NCBI GenBank assembly: GCA_043228905.1
Contig: JBHGNT010000011.1
Location: forward strand, 1,488,001-1,552,000
DNA length: 64,000 nt
Origin: Azolla caroliniana
Lineage: Eukaryota > Plantae > Polypodiophyta
Direction: 5' to 3'
How positions within the stretch are numbered: position 1 is the stretch's first letter; every line of letters begins with the position of its first letter. This document shows, in pieces, positions 60,737 through 64,000 of this stretch. Made by a program: the position numbers and the translations under genes. The notes below the pieces were generated by a model, which saw only the letters and a list, made by a program, of their open reading frames with translations, did not search any database and was not told the DNA's origin.

Positions 60737-62299
60737 TCACATCTAAATATCGTATGCCGACTCAAGAAGCCCCTTTATGGCCTCAAGCAAGCGCCATGGG
60801 CTTGGCATTCAAAGATCACGCAATTTCTACACTGAATCGGCTTCCAATTGTCTAAATTTGACATTTGTTGTTCTTCCAAAGCAATTCAAGTGGTCGGATC
60901 TTCATCATCATCTATGTCAATGACTTAGTGATTGGTGGTGAACACTTAGCCAACATCAACAAGGTCAAGATGCTCCTCTCCGAGAAGTTCAAGATGAAAG
61001 AAATGAACGAACTTCATTATTTCTTGGGAATCAAGATCATCTGAACCTGTAATGACATCATGCTCTCCCAACGCCACTACATCTTGAGTCTTCTATTCAA
61101 GTTCGGCATGATGGACATAAAGCCTATTTCAACTCCCCTCGATCGGAACTTAAAGTTGCATGCAGACTCCGGCACACCACATGAACCGACTCAATATCGG
61201 TAAATTATCGGGAGTCTCATCTATCGAACTATCACCTGACCCAACCTAAACTATTATGTCGGGCTCCTTAGCCAATTCATGCAATCACCCTGCGACACGC
61301 AATTGAATTGTGTTAAGCGAGTATTAAGATACGTTAGTGGAACCTTAGATCAGGATCTCTTCTACAAGGAAGGAGCAGTTATTCGGTTGGAAGGCTACAT
61401 TGATGTCAATTGCACCAGTAGTGTATCAGATCGACAATCAACATCCAGCTTCGTCTTCTCACTCGAAAACAGAGCGATCTCTTGGAGTAGCAAAAAGCAG
61501 CCGACAGTTGCACTGTCAAGCACTGAAGTCGAGTACAAGGGCGCGGCCATAGCCACTTATGAAGCTAGTTGGTTGAAACAGCTACTCAAGGACTTCAATG
61601 AATCAATCGACAAACCGTTATGTATCTACTATGACACTAGAGTAATATACAACTAGCTTGAAACCCTGTCTTCCATGCCTGAATGAAGCACATTGATGTG
61701 CATTATTGCTATGTTTGGGAACACATCATCGCAGGAGACATCGATCTCCAACACATCGACACTAACCAACAAACGGCCGATATCTTCACCAAAGCGCTTG
61801 GAGCGGACAAGCTTCAACAATTTTCGATTGCGCTCGGCCTTTGGCCACTCAACATCTCGAGCTTGAGGGAGAGGGAAGCAAGCCAGATAGGAGCCGACAT
61901 GAGTCGGAAGCCGAAACCGAACGTCGGACACAACACACTTGAGCTTGAAGAGGCGTGTTGAGATATCAGGCTCAACAAAGTTTAGCCATTTCGTCATTCA
62001 TGTAACTTAGTAATTACATAAATAGAATCTAGTTAGTGTGTTGATTATAAAGTCTTCAATAGGATTTTGTACTTAGTACTTAAATGGGATACATTCTAGA
62101 TGCCTCACTTCCAAGTCCATTTAATATAGGACTTACACCCTTGTACCTATATTCTCCTCACACATGTGCGCCTTTGCACATGAGATGTATATATACCTCA
62201 TTGTGGTTACTTTTGTAACTTGATGCTTATTAATATAAAGAAAGGTCTTTAAGCTATACTCGTGGTAATAATCCTCCATTGTGTTTTGTTCATAGGTGT

Positions 62300-62361
<62 letters not shown>

Positions 62362-62366
62362 TCACA
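60737..62366 (+). mobile_element. Old copia element M, 3' fragment (RT-RH, extension, 3' LTR from 61956); related to E
   Basis: VCRLKKPLYGLKQAP, KKQPTVALSSTEVEY, KHIDVHY; PPT-like TGAAGAGGCG then TGTTGAGA; LTR right end approximate. Confidence 0.85.
62302..62361. repeat. Compound (CT)n(CA)n microsatellite
   Basis: Read directly. Confidence 0.95.
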
Positions 62367-64000
62367 TAGTCTTCCATTGCTAATCATATACATGATTAAC
62401 TACTCACATAATTAGATACTAATTAATACTTAGTTAATTACCTAATTATTAACAAAAGTAATTGGTCATTGTTAGTCCATGTCATTTTACAGCTAATCCC
62501 AAAGGCAAACTCTCAATCAAATCTCTCCAAATGAAGACCTTTGTAGCAAGAGGTAATTTAGAATGCCACCTATGAATATATGTTTGGCTAAGCTTTAAAC
62601 ACATAATTGCACATAGTATAACTTATTATATGGTTCATAGAGAATATAGATACGGTATCGAAGCTTGTTGAGCAAAATGTGTACATGACAAAACATATGT
62701 TTATATTTGATTTTAAGCCTTCCTTACGGAATATGAAGCAATCCTCTCCAATATTCACATCTGACAAGTTCCCTCAAAATTTCCTTGTTATAGTCAATAG
62801 ATCGCAGAGAAGATGAGAAGACCCATCCTACTTAACTTGCTAGTTTCTTTATTTGATTTGGGAAATTCAAGTTGTAAAATTTATGAAACATGGCAGCAAT
62901 ATGCAAGCCCAAAAACAAGATGCAAGAAGCAAGCATTAACTATACATAAGGATGGGGGTATGTATGTTGTTCTAAATATTGTTCTATACCAAAACATAAT
63001 TTCAATGGTTATTCTCTTCATTTCTATGTATCTCTCTTTTCTCACATGCAATGAATCTAAGAAACATGGTAGCTTTTTTGGAAAAAAAAAAAAAAAAAAA
63101 CATGGTAGCTTGTATTTGAATAACCATGTTAAACTACATGCGTATTATGGTTTTTAATAAGTTCACCTTACCTATTTAGAGGTTATTTGATATTGCCTTC
63201 CATATAACTAGGCATTTTTTTTAAAGCCATTGCGCTAAGCTATCATGGAATTTTCATTCTTTGGGATATAAGTGTTGGTTCACTATTGTAAAAAGTGATT
63301 TTGTGGAGCCCTATTGTCGAAGAAAAGTGCTAGTTAATTGTCAAGAGTAATGACTTTACAAGTAAAAACATGAATGCATTTATAATGAACGCACCATTAG
63401 ATCCATTACTTTTAGACTTTAATTTCGTAAATGGTCATTAAAGGCAATATTCAACATTGTGCATTATCACATAATGTCTTCTTTTCGTTCCTTCTCTATA
63501 ATAATGTAGCAATTAATAATAAATAGTATCCCTAAATTTATTATTAAGAATGGGCATTTTTATGGAAACCATCCATTTTATCCTTCTCTCTTAAATACTT
63601 TACTTACTGAAGGTACTCTTTTTTTATAGAATGAATGTTTCGAATTTTCACACTAAGTTGCGAGTAGTAAATTAAACATCAATCTTGACTTCATAAACTG
63701 GTTAAATGCCAAAAACATGCAAACATACATTTAATGTCTAAAATAAGACGAATACCAAGAGACCCTTGAAAACTCAAAATCATTTATTTAATGAGCTTAG
63801 TTGGATGAGCTTCTTAGTATTAATTTGTTTTAGGGCAAGTTTGTTTTCACCTACATTACTCATTTTCAAATGAATGCATCATCATAGTCGAATTTATTAT
63901 CTCTTCACCCTCTCCATCCCTTTATCACACACCGCAAATAGGTGTCGTAACTCTTGGAAAATTAAGGATCTAAACTTATAGTTCTACAATGAGGATGCAC

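Noticed and set aside
62813-63157. 114-aa ORF or host gene in the AT-rich right end
   Set aside because: No recognisable domain, spans a poly-A run, no convincing exon structure; small exons cannot be excluded.

Overview
Plant-type, essentially gene-free heterochromatic window made almost entirely of nested LTR retrotransposons. The family mix suggests a seedless land plant such as a fern, but that is inference. I resolved 13 elements from LTR pairs, TSDs, PBS and PPT: copia A, B, E, K, L, M; Ty3/gypsy D, F, H (non-chromoviral), G and J (tRNA-Trp primed, fungal Ylt1-like RT), I (self-priming chromovirus); and a pol-less element C. Nesting reaches five levels (H>F>G>I>J, H>F>G>K>L, H>E>D>B>C). 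Best lead: two diverged gypsy families (F, H) have no polypurine tract. In its place, 2 nt before the 3' LTR, sits a conserved structured mimic of a tRNA-Arg 3' half ending in CCA, with covarying stems, complementary to F's own PBS. Both families also share an uncharacterised accessory ORF. Other leads are an R-U5 inversion between self-priming repeats, apparently unprocessed cDNA ends, a conserved -1 frameshift pseudoknot and a trimeric higher-order satellite. No host gene is supportable. All alignments were done by eye.
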